Below are positions 25,014 through 34,452 of a stretch of DNA of 64,000 bases, piece by piece. The notes beneath the pieces are model-generated. The model was not told the origin of the DNA. It made no database searches and was given only the letters and a program-made list of their open reading frames with translations. The stretch lies in IMG/VR virus record IMGVR_UViG_3300031673_000002; one strand, written 5' to 3'. The DNA comes from an uncultured virus (IMG/VR IMGVR_UViG_3300031673_000002). Its lineage: Duplodnaviria > Heunggongvirae > Uroviricota > Caudoviricetes. Positions within the stretch are counted from its first letter, which is position 1. Each line of letters begins with the position of its first letter. Position numbers and translations under genes: made by a program.

Positions 25014-26050
25014 GGCGCCTTCGGCTCAAGCGGGCCGCCTACGTGCTTCCAGCACTTCTTTCCGCGCGCAACGTCTCCAACATGGGTACTAGATATACCG
25101 AAGTCCGCAGCTATCTCGGTCTTCTTCTCTCCCCTGGCGACACGCTGACGAATTGCCAGAACATCTTTCGCGGTGAGCCTCCCCGCTTTCTTTCCCCCAA
25201 GGTTCCTCTTCACGACCGGGCTTGGAACCACGGCGTACAGCTTCTTGCTGGCGTCGCCATTAAGAAGTCGTGTCACAAAAGCATCCTCCAGATTGTAGTA
25301 GCGGGCGACCTGCCTCTTTGTCGCGAAGTCGCCTGCGTTCCACCGGTTGATGACTTCACGCAAAGTTGAGATCGGGGTAGAAGACGTGTACCTCAGCCGG
25401 TCCTCTGGTCTAGTGAGGTGCTTGCGACATTTGCCAAGAATGATGCGGTTAGCAGAGAGTACCGGAATACCAAGTGATTCCGCAGCCTCAGCATAGGTGT
25501 CGTAGTCACCACGAAACCAATCATCGATCAGCTTCTGCGCCATATCGTCTGGGAACCTGCGAGCGCTTGCGGTGAGTACGACTGGCGTACCACCACGCTT
25601 ACGTCGTCGACGCTGGCCTGAGCCTGATTTCCTCGTCTTGAAGGGCTCGGTGCCTGGTGCGCGCTTCCCGCTACCGGCCACCGTCAAGTTCTCTATGCGC
25701 AGGTCACCAACGTCACCATTCACGAAGGCGATGCGCTGCCTCCACCCAAGTTCGCCAAAGAAAGCCTGCCCCATAAGGCGATAGATATATTTGCTGCTAA
25801 TCTTACTTTCCTTTATGAGATGGCCTGTATCTTCATCTACGCGAGTACGTTGTCTACGCCACACGCCCTGATGATTACCACGTCCACCTTCACCCTGGCG
25901 TTTGTCGAGGATTTCAGATTCACCACGCTCAGAAATGCGAAAGCACGATATATGAGGCAAGGTGCGCCAACGCACCCCGCGTTCATCCAGCACCTCCACC
26001 TGGCCATCCAGAAGAGGCTGTACCGGGGTGACCTTCACGTCTTCGCCCAC
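25010..26050 (-). CDS. Degenerate HNH (NUMOD4/HNH_3-like) protein with tandem helix-turn-helix domains
   Basis: YIYRLMGQAF..IAFVNGDVGDLRIENL in place of VHRLVAEAF..VNHxNGxKxDNRxxNL, followed by three HTH units (YAEAAESLGI, KRQVARYYNL, KTEIAADFGIS). Confidence 0.7.
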   Translation of the reverse strand: MGEDVKVTPVQPLLDGQVEVLDERGVRWRTLPHISCFRISERGESEILDKRQGEGGRGNHQGVWRRQRTRVDEDTGHLIKESKISSKYIYRLMGQAFFGELGWRQRIAFVNGDVGDLRIENLTVAGSGKRAPGTEPFKTRKSGSGQRRRRKRGGTPVVLTASARRFPDDMAQKLIDDWFRGDYDTYAEAAESLGIPVLSANRIILGKCRKHLTRPEDRLRYTSSTPISTLREVINRWNAGDFATKRQVARYYNLEDAFVTRLLNGDASKKLYAVVPSPVVKRNLGGKKAGRLTAKDVLAIRQRVARGEKKTEIAADFGISSTHVGDVARGKKCWKHVGGPLEPKAP

Positions 26051-26310
26051 GGCGGCACAACAGCACTCGGTGCCTTCTTGGTCTTCTTGGCTTTGGGGGT
26101 CTTCACGGGGTCACCAGCGCGCCGAAGAAGACCTTCCTCGATGCCGCTCTTCAGCATCGCGAAAGGAAGCTGCCTGACCTCGGCGGTGTTTACCGTTCCG
26201 TCAGGGGCGTAGAGAATCGCGTAGTGGTCTGTGAAGCGCCCGAGGACGGTGGCGACGGTCTCGGGCTTCGTGTGGAAGATGAGCTTCTCACCGTTGCGCA
26301 GATCGAGCAC
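26035..26310 (-). CDS. Hypothetical protein
   Basis: GTG at 26310 with GGAGGG upstream; Lys-rich tail. Confidence 0.55.
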   Translation of the reverse strand: MLDLRNGEKLIFHTKPETVATVLGRFTDHYAILYAPDGTVNTAEVRQLPFAMLKSGIEEGLLRRAGDPVKTPKAKKTKKAPSAVVPPWAKT

Positions 26311-26587
26311 TGTGCCAGCCCTCCGTAGCCTCCCAGACCGCCGACTCCGCATCCGCACGGTCGTCGAACACACCGAGGTGACGGCCTGTGTATGGGCAGT
26401 TCGCCACCCACAGAAGATCGTCCGTCGTCTTCGCATGCTGCGGGACGATGGCGTTGACCGGCCAGTAGTTCGGGCAGAGCGGATACCGTCGTGAGAACAT
26501 TGACCTGATGAAGTCAATAACAACGCCAATCCACTGTAGGTTGAACAAGGAAGACAGTGGGCCAGGGGAGTGCTGCGTCGTGGACAT
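26288..26587 (-). CDS. Hypothetical protein with AP2-like C-terminal motif
   Basis: GRHLGVFDDRADAESAV resembles the AP2 LGxFxxxxxA motif. Confidence 0.45.
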   Translation of the reverse strand: MSTTQHSPGPLSSLFNLQWIGVVIDFIRSMFSRRYPLCPNYWPVNAIVPQHAKTTDDLLWVANCPYTGRHLGVFDDRADAESAVWEATEGWHSARSAQR

Positions 26588-26638
26588 GGTGTGTAGTGTG
26601 TTAGTCGCACGAGATACCGTCGTCGTCAACTAGCAAAG

Positions 26639-27484
26639 CTACGCCGCGTGTGCATCCTGCTCACTGTTTCCTATCTCACGCAGGTCGTCGAGGACAAGAG
26701 AAAGCGCGCGCCGACTCTTGTTGAGGTAGTCCTCGGTGGTCTCGATGTAGTGCGCGTTCGGTGACGAAACTGCGAATGGGCTATGAGAGGCAATAATGAT
26801 CTGGTGGTCCTTCGCCAATAGACGCAGTTGCTTCCACACCGCCGCCTGCTTCGCGAAGTCGAGCGATCGATCGATCTCGTCGAGCAGGATGATGTGCTGC
26901 CTGGGAGATCCCTTGTCCGAGCGCTTGTTCTTGATGGATTCGATCCCGGCCTCGTAGATCGGAGACCAGCGAGCGGTCGCTTTGGCGCGTGTGAAAGAGT
27001 AGCTCACGCGCTCAGGCTTGGCCTTGAGGAATCGCACCAGCTTCGCGATGCTCGCCTGACCGTGGCTCATCTTCATCGAAGCGCGCCCCACGACGTCGGG
27101 CTTCAACAGGAGCTTCTCCTCGGAGATGCCCTTCTCGGGAGGGTAACCAGGCTCGTCGATGCCGAGGTACCGAGCAGGCGACCCGTCGTGCTCCAGTAAG
27201 AGCCCATCACAGGTACCGAATGGCCGCATGAAGTCCGAGATCGACTCCTTAGACACACGCGGCCAGTTCGTCCGCCAGCAGTGCATGAGGATGGCGATCC
27301 CCGTCAGGAGAGTCGACTTCCCAGATCCATTGGGACCGAAGATGATGTTCAGCCCAGGCTTGAAGTTGAAGGTTTGCTTGCCTTGGAGAAAGGCGACCTT
27401 GTCCCAGTGGGGTACGGGAGTGCGCTTAGGGTCGCGTACGCGGAGTTCGTAAATCATAGCGAGGAGCAAGGTACCCGTCGCCAC
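26639..27484 (-). CDS. ABC-type (AAA_21-like) ATPase without coiled coil
   Basis: Walker A GPNGSGKST, signature MSHGQ, Walker B IILLDEID and H-loop IASHS. Confidence 0.85.
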   Translation of the reverse strand: MATGTLLLAMIYELRVRDPKRTPVPHWDKVAFLQGKQTFNFKPGLNIIFGPNGSGKSTLLTGIAILMHCWRTNWPRVSKESISDFMRPFGTCDGLLLEHDGSPARYLGIDEPGYPPEKGISEEKLLLKPDVVGRASMKMSHGQASIAKLVRFLKAKPERVSYSFTRAKATARWSPIYEAGIESIKNKRSDKGSPRQHIILLDEIDRSLDFAKQAAVWKQLRLLAKDHQIIIASHSPFAVSSPNAHYIETTEDYLNKSRRALSLVLDDLREIGNSEQDAHAA

Positions 27485-27510
27485 GCGGTGTCGTCAACAA
27501 CGACGTGATC

Positions 27511-28065
27511 TCACATCCTCGGAACCATCGATTCCGCGTATTCGCTACGCTTCGCAGGCGAAAGATGAGACCACAGCACCTTGATCGCTTCGTCCATGTC
27601 GTCGTAGTCGCGGGAGTCGAGGAGGTTCTTGCCCGCATCGAACAGCATCAGCGAGACATGACGCCGAGTGTCCGCTGCCTCAGCGAAGACGAGGGTCTTT
27701 GATCCGAGCGAGAGCCTGAACTGCTTGTTGGGTCCTATCAGAGCGTCGAGGACATCCGCCTGGAAGAGACCGCGGGCCTCCTCGACGATGATCGGATCAT
27801 GCGCCGACAGTGGGGTGAGGTCGTATTTTAAGACAAGAACCAGCGGGATAGGCCGGCTGAACTCCGCAGCGTAGCGCTTCCTGTGGCGGAAGAGCCCCTT
27901 GGTGTCGAACCGGCGCGTGCTCACAGGCTTCGGAAGACGGCTGAACTCTGGGATCCCTTCGATGCCCAGGAGGTACTCGTAGTTCCCGGACGCGCCGCTC
28001 ACCGTAGCAGCGCGCAGCAGAGCGTCCACCTCCTCCAGCTTGTTACGGAGTCGATCCATGATCAT
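27511..28065 (-). CDS. Hypothetical protein
   Basis: 184 aa; TAATG coupling to the upstream gene. Confidence 0.65.
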   Translation of the reverse strand: MIMDRLRNKLEEVDALLRAATVSGASGNYEYLLGIEGIPEFSRLPKPVSTRRFDTKGLFRHRKRYAAEFSRPIPLVLVLKYDLTPLSAHDPIIVEEARGLFQADVLDALIGPNKQFRLSLGSKTLVFAEAADTRRHVSLMLFDAGKNLLDSRDYDDMDEAIKVLWSHLSPAKRSEYAESMVPRM

Positions 28066-28346
28066 TATCCGTTCTTGGCCTTGATGGCATTGTTGCCCAA
28101 GTACGTTCCGTTGAGGATGCCGAGGAGCGCCGCTGCTGCCCCAACATCAAACGCGGGCAACGTAACCGTTCCCACGGTGCCAAGCACCAACGTGGTCCCC
28201 GAGAACCAAGACAGGACGTAAGCAACAAGGACAAGCGTGTTGCCGAGGGTAGCAAACGTAGCCGTCTTTGAGAAGTTGCCGTTCTTCATGAAGAACGCCT
28301 TGAGGCCAAGCCCCGCCTTCTTCACGACTTCTGTCTCTTCGCTCAT
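28065..28346 (-). CDS. Small two-TM membrane protein (holin-like)
   Basis: ATG at 28346 with GGGAGA. Two hydrophobic segments, FSKT before TM1, and a basic C-terminus (YLGNNAIKAKNG). Confidence 0.55.
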   Translation of the reverse strand: MSEETEVVKKAGLGLKAFFMKNGNFSKTATFATLGNTLVLVAYVLSWFSGTTLVLGTVGTVTLPAFDVGAAAALLGILNGTYLGNNAIKAKNG

Positions 28347-28360
28347 GTTGTCTCCCAGGA

Positions 28361-28978
28361 TCAGAGGTAGGCTTCCAACGCGAGTCGATCCATCACGTCG
28401 CCAAGCTCTGTCCATGTGAGAGAAGCGTTGTTGGCATCGCCGCCCGGGGCAGCGCCCGCGACGATGTCCACGCTCGTGGCGGAGTTGTAGCGCACGATCT
28501 CGAACGTGCCGTTGTTGGCTACCGTGGCAGCACCGCTGATGGTGAGGAAGTGGCCAAGGCTGTCCGGGTCCACCATGCCAGTGAGGCCGGTGACAGTGAT
28601 GAACCCACCCGATGCCGCCGCCATAGCAGCCGTCGCGCCTGTCTGACCCGCGATGGCTGCGCTGAGGTCCAAGGCTTCGACGAAGCCCGCCTCGATGGTG
28701 CGCGCGATGGCGTCGGCAAGCTCAGGCTTACCAGCCAGGTCCGTCGAGGCGAAGCGCTGCGGCTGGTACGAGGTGACGCAGATAGCGCCCGGAATACGAG
28801 GTCGATTGAGGTCATAGGCCCGGTCGTCACGAGACATCCGGCTGCCGATGTTGCCTGCAATCGCTGTCGTCGAGGTCACGGGGCTGACACCACCGTAGAC
28901 AAACATGCGGTGCGCGTTTGCCACGGTATCGGGAAGCGCCGCGGAACCAAGCTGAACTGTCAGACGGATAGTCGCCAT
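28361..28978 (-). CDS. Virion protein with FCCH-like beta-barrel
   Basis: GHFLTISGAATVANNGTFEIVRYNSATSV motif, also repeated in 51100-53517. Confidence 0.6.
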   Translation of the reverse strand: MATIRLTVQLGSAALPDTVANAHRMFVYGGVSPVTSTTAIAGNIGSRMSRDDRAYDLNRPRIPGAICVTSYQPQRFASTDLAGKPELADAIARTIEAGFVEALDLSAAIAGQTGATAAMAAASGGFITVTGLTGMVDPDSLGHFLTISGAATVANNGTFEIVRYNSATSVDIVAGAAPGGDANNASLTWTELGDVMDRLALEAYL

Positions 28979-29035
28979 TGAAAACCTCTCTGCTCAAATA
29001 GAGGATGCATGACGACCCCGTCGGGTGCCCGAGTT

Positions 29036-29317
29036 CTATAGTCCTGGGATGGGCACAGGAGCACCTGATGGCCCCCGTATAGCTGCTCTGCTCCGCGTAG
29101 CCAGGATCATTTCTACGGGTTCAGCAGGCGTCTCAGGGTCTTCTGGGGGCTTTTCACGCGGCTTCATAGGGGGGCCTGCAAGCATGGCTGCCGTGATCGG
29201 CGACGACAGAGAGAGATGCCTGTCAAGCCACACCTGGATTTCCGTGTCTCGTAGTGCCCTGTCTTTGGCGTCTTCTTCACATACAAGTGGAGGCGGAGGT
29301 GCGCTGAGTACAACCAT
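29036..29317 (-). CDS. Pro-rich hypothetical protein
   Basis: 93 aa; AGGGG upstream of ATG. Confidence 0.45.
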   Translation of the reverse strand: MVVLSAPPPPLVCEEDAKDRALRDTEIQVWLDRHLSLSSPITAAMLAGPPMKPREKPPEDPETPAEPVEMILATRSRAAIRGPSGAPVPIPGL

Positions 29318-29386
29318 TTCGTGTCCCCTATCTCTTGGTCAGGGTGCCACTAGACAGTGTAATTCGTCATGGCGTAGGGCGCCCGC

Positions 29387-32300
29387 TCACGTGCGGTACT
29401 GGTCCTCGGCGGCGCTGTAGAACGTCTCGGCATGCACCTTGTGTAGATACACGTTCGCCTTGCTTCCGCTGCGCGTAAGACGCTTGCCGACTTTCACAAT
29501 GCGGCCCCTCTGCGACAACTCGGCGATCCTGGCACTCGCTGTCTGATGCTTCATATTGAGCGTTACCTCAACCTCGTCACACGTCATCCCATTAGTTCCT
29601 TTGGAGCGAAGCAACTTGAGTATCTCGGTACGCATGGCCTTGGTTCTGTTCTGGACGTCATCGGCTGCTGCGTGGCTGGTCTCGCTGTTCTTTACAGCGG
29701 GAGGCTTCATCTCGGGCTGGTCTTCATCAGACAGAAGCCCACGCTCGTCATACAGAAGACCTTTACCGACGAGGTCGTCGAACACCGTACCGGCGGGCTG
29801 CTTGCTAAGCACATTAGCGTCAAAGATAACGCGCTTCAGGGACTTCTTGGACATATCGTAGCCCTTCATGTTCCCCCAGTTGATGCCTCCCTCGAAGTCG
29901 ACCGCGAGCGGGACGGATGGCACAACCCCGAAGTGCTTCTCGATGAGGTTAGGATCCGTGAAGACCTCCTTGGCAATCATTGAGTATCTACGAATGACCT
30001 TTGGATCGGCAGGCATCTCAGCGATGAGGGAGTCATGTACGGTGTTCACGATCCGTACCTCCTTCATGCGTGGGTCATCTCTGAGGCGCTTACGTAGCTC
30101 ACACGCCGCATAGATGCAGAAGTCTGAGGCTGCCGACTGGATAGGCGTGTTACGTGCCTGACGCTTCGCTCGGTTTGCCACCGAGTTGTCGACCGACTTG
30201 GCTTCCGGGAGACGACGCCATCGACCGAAGGGGGAGCGGGACACGCAGGTTTTCGCGATGGTGTCGTCAACGTTCTTCAGCCAAGCTGCTGCCTGCGGGA
30301 ACTGGCTCATCCACTTATCGACAGTGTCCTTTGACTCCGCGACCTCTATGCCAAGGTCGCGGGCGAGGCTCTTGTAGTGCTTGCCGTAGATGAGACCGAA
30401 GCAGATCGACTTTGCTGCCTGGCGCTTGTTCTTAGCGAGCTTGGTGTACTCACCAAGCTCGTCGAGCACAGCGCGTTGGTCCAGCTTGTACATGTCGATG
30501 GCCGTCGACATGTGGAGGTCACCCTCGATGAGAATCGCACGCTGAAGCTCCTCGTTATCAGGATCCTCCAACAGCCGCTTCTTCAAGCTCTCTGCTACCT
30601 CGTACTTCTTCCGTAGGTTCTTGTCGCCGGACAGGATCCCAAGCCACCGCACCTCTGCCTGCGAGAAGTCCAACTGGATGAGGACGTTACCGGGGCCGGC
30701 GCAATAGAGAGACTTGATTTGTTTCTTGGCACGACTGTTAGTTCTAGGTACTTGTTGCGTGTTTGGTTCCGAGGCAGACAGGCGTCCTGACGTGGTACGC
30801 GAAAGGTTGAAGCTCGGGTGCAGGCGACCGTCATCGCTCTGCTGGACCCACATCGCGATGGGTTGCAGGTAGGCAGAGTCCAGCTTGGATAGTGACTGGT
30901 ACTCTTGGAACAGTGCCACAAGTTCGTGGCGGTCCTTGTATCTGTCCTGCCATTCCTTGGCGACGGACTTCTGAGCCCCTGGGAGCTTCATTACGTCGGA
31001 GAAGAGGGCGCGCAGGTGCTCCGGGCTGTTGAGGTTGAACTGCGCGGCAGCATCGGTGGCCGAGGTTTTGAACATCGGTTTCAAGCCCACCAACCCTACC
31101 TTGTTCTTCCTCTTCTGGTTGAGCTTTTCTAGTGCTATCTTGACTGCTTTCTTGACCTTAGGGCTGTTGTCGAACGTCTTCCTGATCTCGGCGAGGCGGT
31201 GGACGATTGCCGAGTCATCGGCACGCAGCATACGAAGAAGCTCAATGTCGATCCTCTGTCCCGTCAATGTCATGTCGCTTGTGTACAGCGTTGCCTCTGC
31301 GTAGAGGTGTACGGCTACTTTGATAAGGTCTTCGATAGACCCCTCCGCTGCCATCACCTCGAACAGATGGTTGCAGAGACGGGCTGTCACAGCAGCGTCG
31401 TAGCCGACGTATTGGTTCACGCGCGTGAGCTTCTCTTCCGCCAGGCGGTCACGCATCCCCTTGATCTTGGTCTCGCTGTACCAGCGGAACCCGAGGTACT
31501 CCAACGCCAAGGTCTCAAGCGAATATGGCTTCTTGATGCCCGTCTTGTGCCTGTTCTCGTCCGCGAGGTAAGCCAAGATCAGGGTGTCAAGAATAGGCTT
31601 ACCGCCGTCCTCACCGATCCAGATATCCCAGAAGACCTTGATCATCTCGGTCTCGAACTGTGCGTTGTGCGCGAGGAAGCCGTAGAAGCGCGCCCCCTTC
31701 GCTCGCCACAGGCGACCCAGGGCCGCCATCACCATGTCTAGCTCCTCACCGGAGAAAGGCGTTTCGGGGTGCATGAGCGGAACTACGTACGCCGTGTCCT
31801 CGTCGCTCGTGAAGCTAAAGCCGACATTGAGGATCCGGTTGCTGGACTTCGATCGAGCAAGGCCATCGGTCTCGAAGTCAAACGAAAGGAGGTCTTGGGT
31901 GTCTACGTCAGCGTCGTTGAGACAATCGTCTACGAAGCGCTCTACTTTGGCTACGGTGTCGAGGATGATGTGCTCAACAGTGCTTGAGTCGCCACGCGGC
32001 GTAGAGTAGCCCGTAGTAAGCAAGCCCGGCAGCTTGTGGTCAATATCCCACCACAGGTCGGTACCTGCCCAGCGTGAGGTTCTCGTGTAAACGCGGTCCC
32101 AAGTGACGACGATACCTTCCTTCTGGCTAGCAGCGGCGAGGCCGGGGTTGGGGTGAATCGGCGTCGACCTAAGACGCTTCACGTTGTTGCCAAGACCGAG
32201 AGCTTCCGCCGCGAACGAGCCTAGGGCCAGGGTCACCTTTGGTTGAAGGGCTGCGCGAGCCCTAGTAACGTATTCTTTGCAGTGTACGACAGCCTCCTTA

Positions 32301-32683
32301 GCGTGGTCGAAGGGCTGCACAGGTGCTTCCTCTCCCCACCCCTTTCGGAACTCCGGGGGGAGCATGAAGTGATTCACTTCTCCCCGTGCCCAACACCTTA
32401 CGCTAGGGATAATGGCAAACGACTTGAGGCCGAGGTCTTTCACCCCGCTCAGGATTGTCTTTCCGTCTTCGTCGCCAAGATACTGAGCCCGACGGTGGTC
32501 GTAGACGGTGGGTACGTCCCCAACCACGAGTAGGTCAACCGGGTCGTCGGGGTCAGCTAACTGGCCTTCCGCATCGTAACGACGGAGGGGGACGCGGGAG
32601 CACCCATCTTTGATGCCTGATAGAGAACATCCTACGCAGGGATCTTGGTCAAGATCCACGATGCGCGTCGCCGTGTATTTCAT
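29387..32683 (-). CDS. polA: Family A DNA polymerase with N-terminal UDG-like (Fe-S) domain, 3'-5' exonuclease and C-terminal winged helix
   Basis: ExoI DFET, ExoII HNAQFE, ExoIII YVGYD; TTSGRLSASEPNTQQVP; motif A DFSQAEVR, motif B RQAAKSICFGLIYG, motif C VHDS. N-terminus CVGCSL..VVGDVP..VRC..C..QPKVTLALGSFA. Confidence 0.95.
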   Translation of the reverse strand: MKYTATRIVDLDQDPCVGCSLSGIKDGCSRVPLRRYDAEGQLADPDDPVDLLVVGDVPTVYDHRRAQYLGDEDGKTILSGVKDLGLKSFAIIPSVRCWARGEVNHFMLPPEFRKGWGEEAPVQPFDHAKEAVVHCKEYVTRARAALQPKVTLALGSFAAEALGLGNNVKRLRSTPIHPNPGLAAASQKEGIVVTWDRVYTRTSRWAGTDLWWDIDHKLPGLLTTGYSTPRGDSSTVEHIILDTVAKVERFVDDCLNDADVDTQDLLSFDFETDGLARSKSSNRILNVGFSFTSDEDTAYVVPLMHPETPFSGEELDMVMAALGRLWRAKGARFYGFLAHNAQFETEMIKVFWDIWIGEDGGKPILDTLILAYLADENRHKTGIKKPYSLETLALEYLGFRWYSETKIKGMRDRLAEEKLTRVNQYVGYDAAVTARLCNHLFEVMAAEGSIEDLIKVAVHLYAEATLYTSDMTLTGQRIDIELLRMLRADDSAIVHRLAEIRKTFDNSPKVKKAVKIALEKLNQKRKNKVGLVGLKPMFKTSATDAAAQFNLNSPEHLRALFSDVMKLPGAQKSVAKEWQDRYKDRHELVALFQEYQSLSKLDSAYLQPIAMWVQQSDDGRLHPSFNLSRTTSGRLSASEPNTQQVPRTNSRAKKQIKSLYCAGPGNVLIQLDFSQAEVRWLGILSGDKNLRKKYEVAESLKKRLLEDPDNEELQRAILIEGDLHMSTAIDMYKLDQRAVLDELGEYTKLAKNKRQAAKSICFGLIYGKHYKSLARDLGIEVAESKDTVDKWMSQFPQAAAWLKNVDDTIAKTCVSRSPFGRWRRLPEAKSVDNSVANRAKRQARNTPIQSAASDFCIYAACELRKRLRDDPRMKEVRIVNTVHDSLIAEMPADPKVIRRYSMIAKEVFTDPNLIEKHFGVVPSVPLAVDFEGGINWGNMKGYDMSKKSLKRVIFDANVLSKQPAGTVFDDLVGKGLLYDERGLLSDEDQPEMKPPAVKNSETSHAAADDVQNRTKAMRTEILKLLRSKGTNGMTCDEVEVTLNMKHQTASARIAELSQRGRIVKVGKRLTRSGSKANVYLHKVHAETFYSAAEDQYRT

Positions 32684-32685
32684 GA

Positions 32686-34452
32686 TCAGTCCTCGTCCAA
32701 ATCGGCGTAATCGTCGTCGTCGTCGGCGAGGATCAGCTTCTTCTTCGGAAGAAGCGCTTCTATATCGGCGGCGAAGGCAGCATCTACCAGCGGACGGTCA
32801 TCGTCCACCACCAACGGCTTGTCCTTCTTCTTGAAGGTGTCGACAGCCTCGTCGATCGCGTCCTTCTTGTGGATCTTCTTCCTGCCTAGCGTACGCTTAC
32901 TCTTCTCCGGGAGGTCGCCATCGGAAAAGGACTCGAAGCGGTAATACTGTAGGTCAACCTTCACTGGAAAATCAAACGCTTCGTACTGCCTGGCCTTTAG
33001 GTGCTTCCACCAGACCACCCCCTCGTCGCGAGCCTCCTGCGTCATGTGCCAGACGATGACGATATCGGCGTCCTCTTTCATCGCACGCGCGTAGCGGATC
33101 TCGATGTTGCCGTCGTTGTCGATGTTGACTTGGACAGCGAGCACAATGCAGATGTTGTACTTCTTCGCCAGCGCCTTGAATGCTTTGGTGATCTTGGAGA
33201 GCTTCTGCCACCCGTCGATCTTGGCGTCGTCACCACCGAGGTCGATGAGGTTAACGTAGTCGACGAACCAAACCTTGTAAGGGAACTGCTTGAAGACCAT
33301 CTCGCAGCCGGAGACTGTCTGTGCGGAAGGTGCGTAGATGGTGAAGCGCGAGCGGGCGTCTAGGCAGTCTTCGTGGAAGTCTTCCCAGGCTTGGGTGATC
33401 TTCTTCTGGAGCTTAGGAGAGATCGCCCCGTTGCGAAGGATGTCGCTGTTGACCTTCGCCAGCCCGGCGCTGATGCGCTCATCCATCTGCTCAAGCGAAA
33501 GCTCAAGCTGGAGCATCGCGCATGAGGTTCCCATGCGCGCCATGTTCTGCATCATGGTCAACTGAGCAGCGGTCTTGCCTCCGCCCGTCGAGGAACCGAG
33601 GAGCACCACCTCACCAGGCTGGAAGCCACCGCTCTTATCGTCGAGGCCACGGATACCCGTCTTGAACCGGGGCCTGTCCTCCGCGAACAGCTTGCGTAGC
33701 TCGCGGGCGCGCTTAACCTCATCTTCCTCGGTCGTGCCGTGACCGAAGTGCAAAATGACGTCGGAGATCGACTCCTGCCCCCGGATCGACAGCACCTCCG
33801 CAGCCGCGCGCTCGACAAGCTCTGGCCCGGTAAGGGGGTCGAACTCTTCGTCGTCAGACAGCTTGGCGATGGCACCGACGAACTGCTCTGCGGCAAGGCG
33901 CGTGATGCGATAGGCGTCCAGCAGATCGAATACGTGCCCCTCGAAATCAGAGGGGGACTCCAACGGGACCTCATGCCCATCAGACAAGGTGATGCTGCCG
34001 TGCGTAAGGGGCTTGCCCATGTCCGCCCGAGAGACAACAGTATGCAACTGCGCCTGCGCCGCAGGGGACAACGCGGGGTCCATCGACAGAGCCGCTAGCT
34101 TAGGCCACTCACGACCGCTCTGGTTGAGCGTCTGGAGCCGCTTGTAGATGGCCCGCGTAGTATCGGCAGCGAAGTGAGTCTCGCTCAGGCGCGGCCACAG
34201 GCGCCCCTGTAGGTCCTGGTCCAGAAGAACACGAACCAAGGTGACGAACTCAAGCTGCCCGTTGTGAAGACGCGATACCTCAAACTCGGGCGCCGCTATG
34301 TCCGTCATCGGACCTGCGTCAGCCTCATCGTCGTCCGCGTCAGGCTGGTAGCCCTTATCGTCGAAATCGTCGTCGCTATAGGTTCGGCGCCTGGTTACCT
34401 TGGGCTCATCATCGTCCCTAGGTCCGCCAGCATCCTGCATCCGCGTAACCAT
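32686..34452 (-). CDS. dnaB: DnaB-like replicative helicase
   Basis: KTGIRGLD, Walker A GSSTGGGKT, QLEL, FVDYVNLI, AVQVN, EDADIVI and KARQ. Confidence 0.92.
   Translation of the reverse strand: MVTRMQDAGGPRDDDEPKVTRRRTYSDDDFDDKGYQPDADDDEADAGPMTDIAAPEFEVSRLHNGQLEFVTLVRVLLDQDLQGRLWPRLSETHFAADTTRAIYKRLQTLNQSGREWPKLAALSMDPALSPAAQAQLHTVVSRADMGKPLTHGSITLSDGHEVPLESPSDFEGHVFDLLDAYRITRLAAEQFVGAIAKLSDDEEFDPLTGPELVERAAAEVLSIRGQESISDVILHFGHGTTEEDEVKRARELRKLFAEDRPRFKTGIRGLDDKSGGFQPGEVVLLGSSTGGGKTAAQLTMMQNMARMGTSCAMLQLELSLEQMDERISAGLAKVNSDILRNGAISPKLQKKITQAWEDFHEDCLDARSRFTIYAPSAQTVSGCEMVFKQFPYKVWFVDYVNLIDLGGDDAKIDGWQKLSKITKAFKALAKKYNICIVLAVQVNIDNDGNIEIRYARAMKEDADIVIVWHMTQEARDEGVVWWKHLKARQYEAFDFPVKVDLQYYRFESFSDGDLPEKSKRTLGRKKIHKKDAIDEAVDTFKKKDKPLVVDDDRPLVDAAFAADIEALLPKKKLILADDDDDYADLDED

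Noticed and set aside
26639..27484. SbcC/Rad50 assignment for the ATPase
   Set aside because: It has only 281 aa with no coiled coil or zinc hook, and the signature is SHGQ rather than SGG.
29387..34452. Inteins or introns in the polymerase and helicase
   Set aside because: Catalytic motifs are normally spaced; no C..HN splice junctions or LAGLIDADG motifs were seen.
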